Shown here: piece by piece, positions 1 through 12,479 of the stretch
How the letters are laid out: every line of letters starts with the position of its first letter
How positions within the stretch are numbered: position 1 is the stretch's first letter
Assembly: GCA_038087875.1 (NCBI GenBank)
Contig: JAXLNO010000384.1
Span: forward strand, 62,001 to 126,000
Origin: Malacoraja senta
Taxonomy: Eukaryota
Direction of reading: 5' to 3'
DNA: 64,000 bases
Translations under genes and position numbers: made by a program
The notes under the pieces: model-generated
Told to the model about the DNA's origin: nothing
Databases searched by the model: none
What the model saw: the letters and a program-made list of their open reading frames with translations, nothing else

Positions 1-1135
1 TTTTGTTTCCTTCTGGTGTCCTATGAAAGTTTCCCAATCCTCTGGCTTCCGGCTTCTCTTTGCTGTGTTATACATCTTTTCTTTTAGTTTTATTCTATCC
101 CTAACTTCTCTTGTCAGCCACGGTTGCCTCCTACTCCCCTTAGAATCTTTCTTCCTTTTTGGAATGAAATGATCCTGAGTCTCCTGGATTATGCCCAGAA
201 ATTCCTGACATTGCTATTCCACCGTCATTCCTGCTAGGATCCCTTTCCAGTCTACCTTGGCCAGCTCCCCTCTCATGCCTTCATAGTCCCCTTTGTTCAA
301 CTGCATCACTGCCACTTCCGATTTAACGTTCTCCTTCTCAAATTGCAGATTAAAACTAATCATATTATGATTCCTACCTCCAAGCGCTTCCTTTACCTCG
401 AGTTCTCTTATCATATCTGGTTCATTGGACAACACTAAATCAAGAATTGCCTTTTCTCTGGTCGGCTCCATTACAAGCTGCTCTAAGAATCCATCTCGGA
501 GGCATTCTACGAATTCTCTTTCTTGGGGTCCTGAACCAACCTGCTTTTCCCAGTCTAACTGCATATTGAAATCCCCCATCACCACAGTGGCATTACCTCT
601 GCTACATGCCAGTTTTAACTCCTGCTGCAACTTACACCCTGCATCCGGCTACTATTTGAGGTTCTGTAGATAACACCAATTAGTGTCTTCTTGCCTTTAC
701 AATTCCTCAACTCAATCCACAGTGACTCGTCCTCGTCAGTCCCTGTGTCTTTCTCGCAAGGGACTGAATTCCATCCCTCACCAGCAGAGCTCCCCCCCCC
801 CTCCCCTGCCCACCTGCCTGTCCTTTCTATAGGATATATAACCCTGAATATTAAGTTCCCAGGCCCGATCCTCCTGCAGCCACGTCTCAGTAATCCCCAC
901 AATGTCATATCTACCACCCTCTAACAGCCTCAAGCTCATCTACTTTGCTTCTTATACTTCGCGCATTCATATACAATACTTTTAATTCCTGTTGCATCTC
1001 ACCTTTCACATCGATCCCTATTACACATGGCCATACTCTCCTATCCCTTTGTGAGCTTCCTTTCCCATTAATTCTGGGGTCATTAAATCTCCCTTTACTC
1101 TCTTTCCCTTCAACTCCATCCTCGACCATCCCAAC
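1..1135 (-). mobile_element. CR1 LINE fragment, ORF2 N-terminus/APE endonuclease, frameshifted
   Basis: ORFs 214..630, 615..917 and 911..1561 give LYMNARSIRSK, VMGDFN, EPTREKAILDLVL; paralogous to 6933-8045. Confidence 0.93.
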
Positions 1136-1149
1136 GGCCAGGAGGGGGG

Positions 1150-1432
1150 GGGGGTTTCCACGAGGAGGGGGGCAGTTGGAGACGGGAAAAGGGATCATCA
1201 ATGGGGGCGAGGACTCCTTCCGAGGGAAGAATGCTGTGAGGCGGAGGCGACGGTAGAAGAGCTCCAAATCGAGGCGGGCGCGGAACTCATTGAGGTGGGG
1301 ACGGAGGGGGACAAAGGTGAGGCCACTGCTGAGGACAGACCGTACGGTATATGAGAGTGGGAGGTCAGGGGGGATGGTGAACACATGGCAGGGATGGGGG
1401 TTGGGGCCGGAGGAAGGCAGGTGAGTGGACTG
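1150..1432 (-). mobile_element. Penelope-like element, N-terminal ORF fragment
   Basis: PPDLPLS..RSVLSSGLTFVPLRPHLNEFRARLDLELFYRRLRL resembles the region upstream of the RT in vertebrate PLEs. Confidence 0.7.
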
Positions 1433-1434
1433 AG

Positions 1435-2191
1435 GCGATGGTGGCCGATTAGGAAAAGGGGAGATGAAACGAGACCTGAGTGTCATGGTACACCAGTCAT
1501 TGAAAGTAGGCATGCTGGTGCAGCAGGCAGTGAAGAAAGCGAATGGTATGTTAGCATTCATAGCAAAAGGATTTGAGTATAGGAGCAGGGAGGTTCTACT
1601 GCAGTTGTACAGGGTCTTGGTGAGACCACACCTGGAGTATTGCGCACAGTTTTGTTCTCCAAATCTGAGGAAGACATTCTTGCCGTAGAGGGAGTACAGA
1701 GAAGGTTCACCAGACTGATTCCTGGGATGTCAGGACTTTAATATGAAGAAAGACTGGATAGACTCGGCTTGTACTCACTAGAATTTAGAAGATTGAGGGG
1801 GGATCTTATAGAAACTTACAAAATTCTTAAGGGGTTGGACAGGCTAGATGCAGGAAGATTGTTCCCGATGTTGGGGAAGTCCAGAACAAGGGGTCACAGT
1901 TTAAGGATAAGGGGGAAATCTTTTAGGACCGAGATGAGAAAAACATTTTTCACACAGAGGGTGGTGAATCTGTGGAATTCTCTGCCACAGAAGGTAGTTG
2001 TGGCCAGTTCATTGGCTATATTTAAGAGGGAGTTAGATGTGGCCCTTGTGGCTAAAGGGATCAGGGGGTATTGAGAGAAGGCAGGTACAGGATATTGAGT
2101 TGGATGATCAGCCATGATCATATTGAATGGCGGTGCTGGCTCGAAGGGCCGAATGGCCTACTTCTGCACCTATTTTCTATGTTTCTATGTT
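1435..2191 (+). mobile_element. CR1 LINE 3' end
   Basis: LVRPHLEYC, FFTQRVVNLWNSLP, 3'UTR and (TTTCTATG)n tail. Confidence 0.95.
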
Positions 2192-2379
2192 ACATACCAG
2201 TTTATAGGTTGAGTACAAAGATACAAATTTATTTATTAAGAATTCAAAGATGCTAAAGTAGAAATAAGTAACTTGTTTAGTATCTTGTTTACTGGATAAA
2301 TGATTTAATTAAGTGCTGCTAAATGACTAACAATCACGTGGGTTTATGTAAAATAAGCTGATTACGTAAAATAGTTTTA

Positions 2380-3322
2380 CTTTATTTTTTGTTTTATATT
2401 TATTCGAAGGAAATGTACAAAAATAGAACCAACGGCATATAAAATAACACGGTTATTGTACAGGTTCAATTTTAACTTGTTAGCTATGGTTGAAGAAAAG
2501 AAAGGAGGAAAAGCAGGAAAGTGAAAAAGTGAAATGTACAAAGATAGAAGTCAAGTCACATTTATTTCTATAGCACATTTAAAAAACAACTCTCGTTGGC
2601 CAAAGTGCTTTACATTTGTTATAAGAATAGCACAAACAAAACAAACTACATACATATATACATGTAGCCCTCACTCAGAGGATGTCAGGAAAGGCTTGGG
2701 AGTATCGATAAGTCTTTAGTCTTGACTTTAAAAGTCAATGGAGGGGGCAGTTCTAATGGGAAGGGGGATGCTATTCCACAGTCTAGGGGCTGCAACCGCA
2801 AAGGCCCGGTCGCCCCTGAGCTCATGCCTAGACCGTGGGATATTCAGCAACCCCAAGTCGGCCGATCTGAGGGGCCTGGAGGTGGAGTGGTGGGTGAGAA
2901 GACTTTTACTGTAGATGCGGGCAAGCCCATTGAGGGCTTTGTAGACATGGAGGAGGATCTTAAAGTTTATACGGAACCGCACAGGGAGCCAGTGGAGAGA
3001 GGCCAGGATCGGGGTGATGTGGTCCCTTTTTCGGGTGCCCGTCAGGAGTCTCGCTGCGGCGTAGTCTAGAACCCCTAGACTACCAAAGTGGTGCAGCCAA
3101 AGAGTGGATAAAAGAAAGAAAGTAGAGAGGAATAGAAAAAAATAAAAGGACAAAAAGAAAGAGAAAGAAAAGTGTTGGTATACCTGCCTCTCGTCCCTCC
3201 CCACCCACCTCACCCAACCCGTAATTAGATTCAAATCCAAAGTTGTGGTGTGCCATACTATCCTTGTAATAAATCAATGAATGGTGTCCATGTCTTGGAA
3301 AAATGATCTGGTTTTCAGCCAA
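2380..3322 (-). mobile_element. L1/Tx1-like 3' end and UTR, interrupted by an L2
   Basis: Paralog at 29379..29570 reads FSKTWTPFIDYY, like L1 C-termini; AATAAA and A-rich tail on the minus strand near 2380-2405. Confidence 0.45.
2548..3068 (-). mobile_element. L2-clade LINE 3' end
   Basis: AAARLLTGTRKRDHITPILASLHWLPVRFRINFK...AFAVAAPRLWNS; (TTGAC)n tail. Confidence 0.9.
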
Positions 3323-3325
3323 GAC

Positions 3326-4402
3326 AAGTCAAAGAGTAGGAGTAAACGGGTCCTTTTCAGAATGGCAGGCAGTGACTAATGAGGTACCGCAAGGCTCAGT
3401 GCTGGGACCCCAGCTATTTACAATAAATATTAATGATTTGGACGAGGGAATTGAATGCAACATCTCCAAGTTTGCGGATGACACGAAGCTGGGGGGCAGT
3501 GTTAGCTGTGAGGAGGATGCTAGGAGGCTGCAAGGTGACTTGGATAGGTTGGGTGAGTGGGCAAATGCATGGCAGATGCAGTATAATGTGGATAAATGTG
3601 AGGTTATCCACTTTGGTGGCAAAAACAGGAGAGTAGGCAATTATCTGAATGGTGGCCGATTAGGAAAAGGGGAGATGCAACGAGACCTGGGGGTCATGGT
3701 ACACCAGTCATTGAAAGTAAGCATGCGGGTGCAGCAGGCAATGAAGAAAGAGAATGGTATGTTAGCATTCATAGCAAAATGATTTGAGTATAGGAGCAGG
3801 GAGGTTCTACTGCAGTTGGACAGGGCCTTGGTGAGACCACACCTGGAGTATTGTGTACAGTTTTGGTCCCCTAATCTGAGGAAAGACATTCTTGCCATAG
3901 ACGGAGTACAGAGAAGGTTCACCAGACTGATTCCTGGGATGGCAGGACTTTCATATGAAGAAAGACTGGATAGACTCGGCTCGTACTCGCTAGAATTTAG
4001 AAGGTTGAGGGGGGATCTTATAGAAACTTACAAAATTCTTAAGGGGTTGGACGAGCTAGATGCAGGAAGATTGTTCCCGATGTTGGGGAAGTCCAGAACA
4101 AGGGGTCACAGTTTAAGGATAAGGGGGAAGTCTTTTAGGACCGAGATGAGAATAACATTTTTCACACAGAGCATGGTGAATCTCTGGAATTCTCTGCCAC
4201 AGAATGTGGTTGAGGCCAGTTCATTGGCTATATTTAAGAGGGAGTTAGATGTGGCCCTTGTGGCTAAATGGATCAGGGGAATGGAGAGAAGGCAGGTACA
4301 GGTTACTGAATTGGATGATCAGCCATGATCATATTGAATGGCAGTGCAGGCTCGAAGGGCCGAATGGACTACTCCTGCACCTATTTTCTATGTTTCTATG
4401 TC
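3326..4402 (+). mobile_element. CR1 LINE RT and 3' end, disrupted
   Basis: [17 protein letters not shown], stop at 3780-3782, TTTCTATG tail. Confidence 0.95.
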
Positions 4403-4484
4403 TATTCTTCCACCAATGTAAAGCACTTTGGCCAACGAGAGTTTTTTTTAAAATGTGCTATGGAAATAAAAGTCTTGACTTGAC
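4403..4484 (+). mobile_element. L2 3' tail fragment
   Basis: Reverse complement of 2548-2615; ends cttgacttgac. Confidence 0.75.
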
Positions 4485-4912
4485 ACTCGCCTCCAGGCAG
4501 GTCGACGATCCCACAAATCCCCTCCTCATCCTCCCACGGCCTAGTCCGGCATACACTCACACCCAGGCAGGTCGACGGGCCCACAAATCCCCTCCTCATC
4601 CTCCCATGGCCTAGTCCGGCCTACACTCACCTCCAGGCAGGTCGACGGGCCCACAAATCCCCTCCTCATCCTCCCACAGCCTAGTCCGGCCTACACTAAC
4701 CCCCAGGCAGGTTGACGGGCCCACAAATCCCCTCCTCATCCTCACACGGCCTAGTCCGGCCTACACTCACCTCCAGGCAGGTCGACGGGCCCACAAATCC
4801 ACTCTTCATCCTCCCACGGCCTAGTCCGGCCTAGTCAGGCCTACGCTCACATCCAGGCAGGTCGACGGGCCCACAAATCCCCTCCTCATCCTCCCATGGC
4901 CTAGTCCGGTCT
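4483..4912. repeat. 70-bp tandem repeat, about 6 copies
   Basis: ccaggcaggt recurs at 4493, 4563, 4633, 4703, 4773 and 4853. Confidence 0.95.
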
Positions 4913-5010
4913 ACTGAGTTGGATGATCAGCCATGATCATATTGAATGGCAGTGCAGGCTCGAAGGGCCGAATGGCCTACTCCTGCACATATTTTCTATG
5001 TTTCTATTTT
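4912..5010 (+). mobile_element. CR1 3'UTR fragment
   Basis: ggatgatcagccatgatcatattgaatggc...tttctatg. Confidence 0.9.
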
Positions 5011-5121
5011 TCTAAATATTTTCAAGATGTAGCGTCTCGGACATGTTTATAATGATTACGTAAAAGAGTTCACATCTGCTGCTATGCATGCTTCCATATA
5101 ACTTTATATAACTTATATAAT

Positions 5122-5240
5122 TCAATTTAATCAAGACGGCTCTTTGGGAGCGGCAGTGAGGCAGCGGCCTTGTGAGGGAAGTGCCCTGTGAGAAAATTGC
5201 GAGTCTTTGGCTCGAGAGTCTTCGGCGATGAGGCTGAGGA
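5122..5240 (+). mobile_element. CR1 5'UTR fragment
   Basis: Matches 40767-40857 in the 5'UTR of the full-length CR1. Confidence 0.8.
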
Positions 5241-8045
5241 GAGGAATTCCACAGATTCACAGCTCTCTGGGTTGAAAAGTTTTTTCTCACCTCAGTCTTA
5301 AATGACCTCCCCTTTATTCTAAGACTGTGTGGCCCCTGGTTCTGGACTCGCCCAACATTGGGAACATTTGTCCTGCATCTAGCTTGTCCAGTCCTTTCAT
5401 AATTTTATATGTTTCTATAAGACCCCCCCCCCCCTCATCCTAAACTCCAGTGAATACAAGCCTAGTCTTTTCAATCTATCCTCATATGACAGTCCCGCCA
5501 TCCCAGGGATCAATCTCGTGAACCTACGCTGCACTGCCTCAATCACAAGGATGTCCTTCCTCTAATTAGGAGACCAAAACTGTACACAATACTCCAAATG
5601 TGCTCTCACCAGAGCCCTATACAACTGCAGAAGAACCTCTTTACTCCTGAATCCCCTTGTTAGGAAGGCCAACATTCCATTAGCTTTCTTCACTGCCTGC
5701 TGTAACTGCACGCCAACTTTCAGTGACACCCAGGTCTCGCTGTACCTCCCCCTTACCTAACCTAATCCCATTGAGATAATAATCTGTCCCCTGGTTTTTG
5801 CTGCCAAAGTGGATATCCTCACATTTATCTATATTACACTGCATCTGCCATGCATCTGCCCACTCACTCAACCTGTCCAGGTCACCCTGCAACCTCCTAA
5901 CATCCTCTTCACAGTTCACACTGCCACCCAGCTTTGTGTCATCCGCAAACTTGCTAGTGTTGCTCCTAATTCCCTCTTCCAAATCATTAATATATATGGT
6001 AAACAGTTGCGGCCCCAACACTGAACCTTGCGGCACTCCACTCGCCACTGCCTGCCATTCTGAAAAGGACCTGTTCACTCCTACTGTTTGCTTCCTGTCT
6101 GCCAACCAATTTTCTATCCATGTCAACACCCTACCCCCAATACCATGTGCTCTAATTTTAGTCACCAGTCTCCCGTGGGGGACCTTATCAAAGGCTTTCT
6201 GAACGTCTAGATACACTACATCCACTGGCACCCCTTCATCCATTTTACTTGTCACATCCTCAAAAAATTCCAGAAGAATAGTCAAGCATGATTTCCCTTT
6301 CATAAATCCATGTTGACTTGGACTAATCCTTTTACTGAAATCCAAATGCGCCATTATTACCTCTTTAATAATTGACTCCAGCATCTTTCCCACCACTGAA
6401 GTCAGGCTAACTGGTCTGTAATTCCCCGTTTTCTCTCTCGCTCCTTTCTTGAAAAGTGGGATGACATTAGCTATCCTCCAATCCACAGGAACTGATCCTG
6501 AATCTCTTGAACATTGTAAAATGATCACGAATGCGTCCACTATTTCTAGAGCCACCTCCCTGAGGACCCTGGGATGCAGACCATCAGGCCCAGGGGATTT
6601 ATCATCCTTCAGTCCCATTAGCCTACCCAATACTATTTCTCGCCTAAAGAAAATTTCTTTCAGTTCCTCTACCCCCTTAGATCCTCTGTCCTCCAGTCCA
6701 TCTGGGAGATTGTTTGTGTCTTCCTTAGTGAAGGCAGATCCGAAGTACCTATTCAACTCTTCTGCCATTTCCTTGTTGCCCATATAATTTCACCCGTGTC
6801 TGCCTTCAAGGGACCCACATTTGATTTTGCTACTCTATTTCCCTTAACATATCTAAAGAAGCTTTTACTGTCCTTCTTTATATTCCTGGTCAGCTTCCCC
6901 TCGTACTTCATCTTTTCAGCCCGTATTGCCCGTTTTGTATCCTTCTGTTGTCCTATGAAAGTTTCCCAATCCTCTGGCTTCCGGCTACTCTTTGCTGTGT
7001 TGTACATCCTTTATTTTAGTTTTATTCTATCCCTAACTTCTCTTGTCAGCCACGGTTGCCTCCTACTCCCCTTAGAATCTTTCATCCTTTTTGGAATGAA
7101 ATGATCCTGCGTCTCCCGGATTATGTCCAGAAATTCCTGCCATTGCTGTTCCACCGTCATTCCTGCTAGGATCCCTTTCCAGTCTACCTTGGCCAGCCCT
7201 CTCATGCCTTCATAGTCCCCTTTGTTCAACTGCATCACTGCCACTTCCGATTTAACGTTCTCCTTCCCAAATTGCAGATTAAAACTAATCATATTATGAT
7301 CACTACCTCCAAGAGGTTCCTTTACCTCGAGTTCTCTTATATCTGGTTCATTGGACAACACTAAATATAGCATTACCATTTCTCTGGTCGGCTCCATTAC
7401 AAGCTGCTCTAAGAATCCATCTCGGAGGCATTCTACAAACTCTCTTTCTTGGGGTCCTGAACCAACCTGATTTTCCCAGTCTACCTGCATATTGAAATCC
7501 CCCATCACCCCAGTGGCATTACCTTTGTTACATGCCAGTTTGAACTCCTGCTGCAAATGACACCCTACAGGTTCTGTAGATAACATAAATTAGTGTCTTC
7601 TTGCCTTTACAATTCCTCAACTCAATCCACAATGACTACCTCGTCAGTCCCTATGTCATCCCTCGCAAGGGACTGAATTCCTTCCCTCACCAGCAGAGCT
7701 ATCCCCCCATCCTCTGCCCACCTGCCTGTCCTTTTTATAGGATGTATAACCCTGAATATTAAGTTCCCAGGCCCGATCCTCCTGCAGCCACGTCTCAGTA
7801 ATCCCCACAATGTCATATCTACCAACCTCTAACTGAGCCTCAAGCTCATCTACTTTACTTCTTATACTTCGCGCATTCATATACAATACTTTTAATTCCT
7901 TATGCATCTCACCTTTCACATCGATCCCTATTACACTTGGCCATACTCTCCTATCGCTTTGTGAAATTCCTTTCACGTTAATTCTGGGATCATTAACCCT
8001 CCCTTTACTCTCTTTCCCTTGAACTCCATCCTTGACCATCCCAAT
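5241..8045 (-). mobile_element. CR1 LINE, nearly complete ORF2 (EN and RT), frameshifted
   Basis: ORFs 7656..8069, 7011..7586, 6753..7007 and 5680..6783 with EN motifs, NYRPVSLTS, QGSVLGP, FADD. Confidence 0.96.
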
Positions 8046-8054
8046 GGCCATGAG

Positions 8055-8338
8055 GGGGGGGGGGTCCACGAGGAGGGGGTCAGTTGGAGACGGAAAATGG
8101 GATCATCAATGGGGGCGAGGACTCCTTCCCATGGAAGAATGGTGTGAGGCGGAGGCGACGGAAGAAGAGTTCCAAATCGAGGCGGGCGCGGAACTCATTG
8201 AGGCGGGGACGGAGGGGCACAAAGGTGAGGCCTCTGCTGAGGACAGACCGTTCGGTATCTGAGAGGGTAGGTCGGGGGGATGGTGAACACATGGCAGGGA
8301 TGGGGGTTGGGGCCGGAGGAAGGCAGGTGAGTGGACTG
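8055..8338 (-). mobile_element. Penelope-like fragment, duplicate of 1150-1432
   Basis: LSDTERSVLSRGLTFVPLRPRLNEFRARLDLELFFRRLRL. Confidence 0.7.
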
Positions 8339-8344
8339 AGGCAA

Positions 8345-9083
8345 TGGTGGCTGATTAGGAAAAGGGGAGATGCAACGAGACCTGGGTGTCATGGTACACC
8401 AGTCATTGAAAGTAGGCATGCAGGCAGTGAAGAAAGCGAATTGTATGTTAGCATTCATAGCAAAAGGATTTGAGTATAGGAGCAGGGAGGTTCTACTGCA
8501 GTTGTACATGGTCTTGGTGAGACCACACCTGGAGTATTGCGTACAGTTTGCGTACAATCTGAGGAAAGACATTCTTGCCATAGAAGGGAGTACAGAGAAT
8601 GTTCACCAGACTGATTCCTGGGATGGCAGGACTTTCATATGAAGAATGACTGGATAGACTCGGTTTGTACTCGCTAGAATTTAGAAGATTGAGGGGGATC
8701 TTATAGAAACTTACAACATTCTTAAGTGGTTGGACAGGCTAGATGCAGGAAGATTGTTCCCGAAGTTGGGGAAGTCCAGAACAAGGGGTCACAGTTTAAG
8801 GATAAGGGGGAAATCTTTTAGGACCGAGATGAGAAAAACATTTCTCACACAGAGAGTGGTGAATCTGTGGAATTCTCTGCCACAGAAGGTAGTTGAGGCC
8901 AGTTCATTGGCTATATTTAAGAGGGAGATGTGGCCATTGTGGCTAAAGGGATCAGCGGGTATGGAGAGAAGGCAGGTACAAGATACTGAGTTGGATGATC
9001 AGCCATGATCATATTGAATGGCGGTGCAGGCTCGAAGGGACGAATGGCCTCTACTCCTGCACATATTTTCTATGTTTCTATGT
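8345..9083 (+). mobile_element. CR1 LINE 3' end
   Basis: Same C-terminal motifs and tail; several private lesions. Confidence 0.94.
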
Positions 9084-9304
9084 CTTCTCCACAATAAATA
9101 TAAACCTCACCTGCATTTTAATCCCCCCCCCCCCCCCCCACACCACCAAAGCCTCCTGAATCGCAAGCACAGCACCACTGATGGTGCGGTTTGTAACAAT
9201 GCCACTATGTCAACAGTTTTATACACCTTGATGGTGCGGGCCGAGGCCCACCTAGACCTCGAGGCCATAAAATTAAGCTTGTCTGGCTCATACGTAAATC
9301 CGGC

Positions 9305-9460
9305 CCTGGTGGGAGGAAACCGGAGCGCCCGGAGAAAACCCACGCAGGTCAAGCAGAGAGAACGTGCAAACTCCGTACAGACAGCGCCCGCGGTCGGGAT
9401 GGAACCGGGGTTTCTGGTGCCGTGAGGCGGCAAATCTACCGCTGGGCCATCGTGATGACC
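9305..9460 (-). mobile_element. HE1-type tRNA-derived V-SINE, 5' part
   Basis: A-box-like tggcccagcgg, B-box-like ggttccatccc, V-domain ggtttcctccca. Confidence 0.8.
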
Positions 9461-9664
9461 AGAGAGGGAGGGAGAGTTGAATACTTCTCTCTCCCCCTCT
9501 CTTTCTCTCTCTCCCTCTCTTTCTCTCTTTCTCTTCCCTCTCTTCCCTTCAAAACGTTCTCAAAACTCTCCCAAACTTTCTCTCCCTCACTCCCTCCCTC
9601 CTTTCCCCCCCCCCCCTCCTTTTTCCTCTCCACCCCACCCTCAATGCACAAAAAAAAAAAAAAA

Positions 9665-9808
9665 ACACCCCGGAACCAATATTCGGCGTTTCGCCCTCCA
9701 CCCGGACGCCTGAGACCCGCCGTCCCGCTTTGCCAGCGCTGGTGCGCCGCCCTAACGCGTCGCCCCTCCCGACGGGAAGCGCCTCGGGAATGCCGCTGTG
9801 AAGAGCAG
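9665..9808 (+). promoter_or_regulatory. Candidate CpG-rich promoter/non-coding first exon of ZNF locus 1
   Basis: CpG-dense unique sequence with ETS-like CCGGAA; ends in donor-like CAG|GTAAAG at 9808/9809; conserved at 31180-31319. Confidence 0.5.
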
Positions 9809-10259
9809 GTAAAGATAAAAGCGCTACCATGCAGCGGGGGAGGCAGCAATGCAGCCAGTGATGCATGCACTCCCTTTAATGCAGCAGGGGGGGCATGCAC
9901 AGGCGCTAGCATGCCGTTCCCCACAATTTATAACACACTATATCCACACTTAAAGGTACACAAAAATGCTGGAGAAACTCAGCGGGTGCAGCAGCATAAA
10001 CTTAACATATCCACACTTAAAGTGGCCCTACAGGCCGGGTTCTGTCTCATTTCCAAACCAAAGTAACAACGGGGTGGATGCGGGGCGCCCAGTGCGTCTG
10101 GATTAGGCCCTTCAGCCCATTTCACTCCTGCTAGCCCACACTTGGAGACAGAGAGAGACAAAGAGAGAGAGACAATGAGAGAGACAGGGAGAGACACAGA
10201 GAGAGAGACAGAGAGAAAGAGAGAGAGAGACAGAGAGAAAGAGAGAGAGAGCGAGCGAG

Positions 10260-12479
10260 AGAAACATAGACAATAGGTGCAGGAGTAGGCCATTCGGCCC
10301 TTCGAGCCTGCACCGCCATTCAATATGATCATGGCTGATCATCCAACTCAGTATCCTGTACCTGCTTTCTCTCCATACCCCCTGATCCCTTTAGCCACAA
10401 GGGCCACATCTCACTCCCTCTTAAATATAGCCAATGAACTGGCCTCAACTACCTTCTGTGGCAGAGAATTCCACAGATTCACCACTCTCTGTGTAAAAAA
10501 TGATTTTCTCATCTCGGTCCTAAAAGACTTCAACCTTATCCTTAAAATGTGTGTGACCCCTTGTTCTGGACTTCCCCAACATCGGGAACAATCTTCCTGC
10601 ATCTAGCCTGTCCAACCCCTAAAGAATTTTGTAAGTTTCTATAAGATCCCCCCTCAATCTTCTAAATTCTAGCGAGTACAAGCTGAGTCTATCCAGTCTT
10701 TCTTCATATGAAAGTCCTGCCATACCAGGAATCAGTCTGGTGAACCTTCTCTGTACTCCCTCTATGGCAAGAATGTCTTTCCTCAGATTAGGAGACCAAA
10801 ACTGTACGCCATACTCCAGGCGTAGTCTCACCAAGACCCTGTACAACTGCAGTAGAACCTCTCTGCTCCTATACTCAAATCCTTTTGCTATGAATGCTAA
10901 CATACCATTCGCTTTCTTCACTGCCTGCTGCACCTGCATGCCTACTTTCAATGACTGGTGTACCATGACACCCAGGTCTCGTTGCATCTCCCCTTTTCTT
11001 AATCGGCCACCATTCGGATAATAGTCTACTTTCCTGTTTTTGTCACCAAAGTGGATATCCTCACATTTATCCACATTATACTGCATCTGCCATGCATTTG
11101 CCCACTCACCCAACCTATCCAAGTCACCTTGCAGCCTCCTAGCATCCTCCTCACAGCTAACACTGCCCCCCAGCTTCGTGTCATCCGCAAACTTGGAGAT
11201 GTTGCAATTCCCTCATCCAGATCATTAATATATATTGTAAATAGCTGGGGTCCCAGCAGTGAGCCTTGCGGTACCCCACTAGTCACTGCCTGCCATTCTG
11301 AAAAGGACCCGTTTACTCCTACCCTTTGCTTCCTGTCTGCCAGCCAGTTCTCTATCCGCATCAATACTGAAGCCCCAATACCGTGTGCTTTAAGTTTGCA
11401 TACTAATCTCTTATGTGGGACCTTGACGAAAGCCTTCTGAAAGTCCAGATATAACACATCCACTGGTTCTCCCTTATCCACTCTACTAGTTACATCCTCA
11501 AAAAATTCTATAAGATTCGTCAGACATGATTTACCTTTCATAAATCCATGCTGACTTTGTCCAATGATTTCACCACTTTCCAAATGTGCTGCTATCCCAT
11601 CTTTAATAACTGACTAGCAGTTTCCCCACTACCGATGTTAGACTAACTGGTCTGTAATTCCCCGTTTTCTCTCTCCCTCCCTTTTTAAAAAGTGGGGTTA
11701 CATTAGCTACCCTCCAATCCTCAGGAACTACTCCAGAATCTAAAGAGTTCTGAAAAATGATCACTAATGCATCCACTATTTCTGGGGCTACTTCCTTAAG
11801 TACTTTGGGATGCAGCCTGTCTGGCCCTGGGGATTTATCAGCCTTTAATCCATTCAATTTACCTAACACCACTTCCCGGCCAACCGGGATTTCACTCAGT
11901 TCCTCCATCTCATTTGACCCCCGGTCCCCTGCTATTTCCGGCAGATTATTTATGTCTTCCTTAGTGAAGACAGAACCAAAGTAGTTATTCAATTGGTCTG
12001 CCATTTCCTTGTTCCCCATGATCAATTCACCAGTTTCTGACTGCAAGGGACCTACATTTGTTTTAACTAATCTTTATCTCTTCACATATCCATAAAAACG
12101 TTTGCAGTCAGTTTTTATGTTCCCTGCCAGTTTTTTTTCATAATCTATTTTCCCTTTCCTAATTAAGCCCTTTGTCCTCCTCTGCTGGACTCTGAATTTC
12201 TCCCAGTCCTCTGGTAGGCTGCATTTTCTGGCTAATTTGTATGCTTCATCTTTTGTCTTGATACTATCCCTGATTTCCCTTGTTATCCACGGATGCACTA
12301 CCTTCCCTGATTATTCTTTTGCCAAACTGGGATGAACAATTGTTGTAGTTCATCCATGCAGTCTTCAAATGCCTTCCATTGCACATCCACCGTCAACCCT
12401 TTAAGAATCACTTGCCAGTCTATCTTGGCCAATTCACGTCTCATACCCTCAAAGTTACCCTTCTTTAAGTTCAGAACCC
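10260..12479 (-). mobile_element. CR1 LINE, 5'-truncated, frameshifted
   Basis: ORFs 12074..12298, 11603..12046, 11026..11583, 10619..11122; tail runs into a GA repeat at 10145-10260. Confidence 0.95.

Noticed and set aside
4498..4510. AGGTCGAC resembling the mammalian rDNA Sal-box terminator
   Set aside because: Only 8 nt match, the downstream CAG is absent, and no rDNA lies nearby
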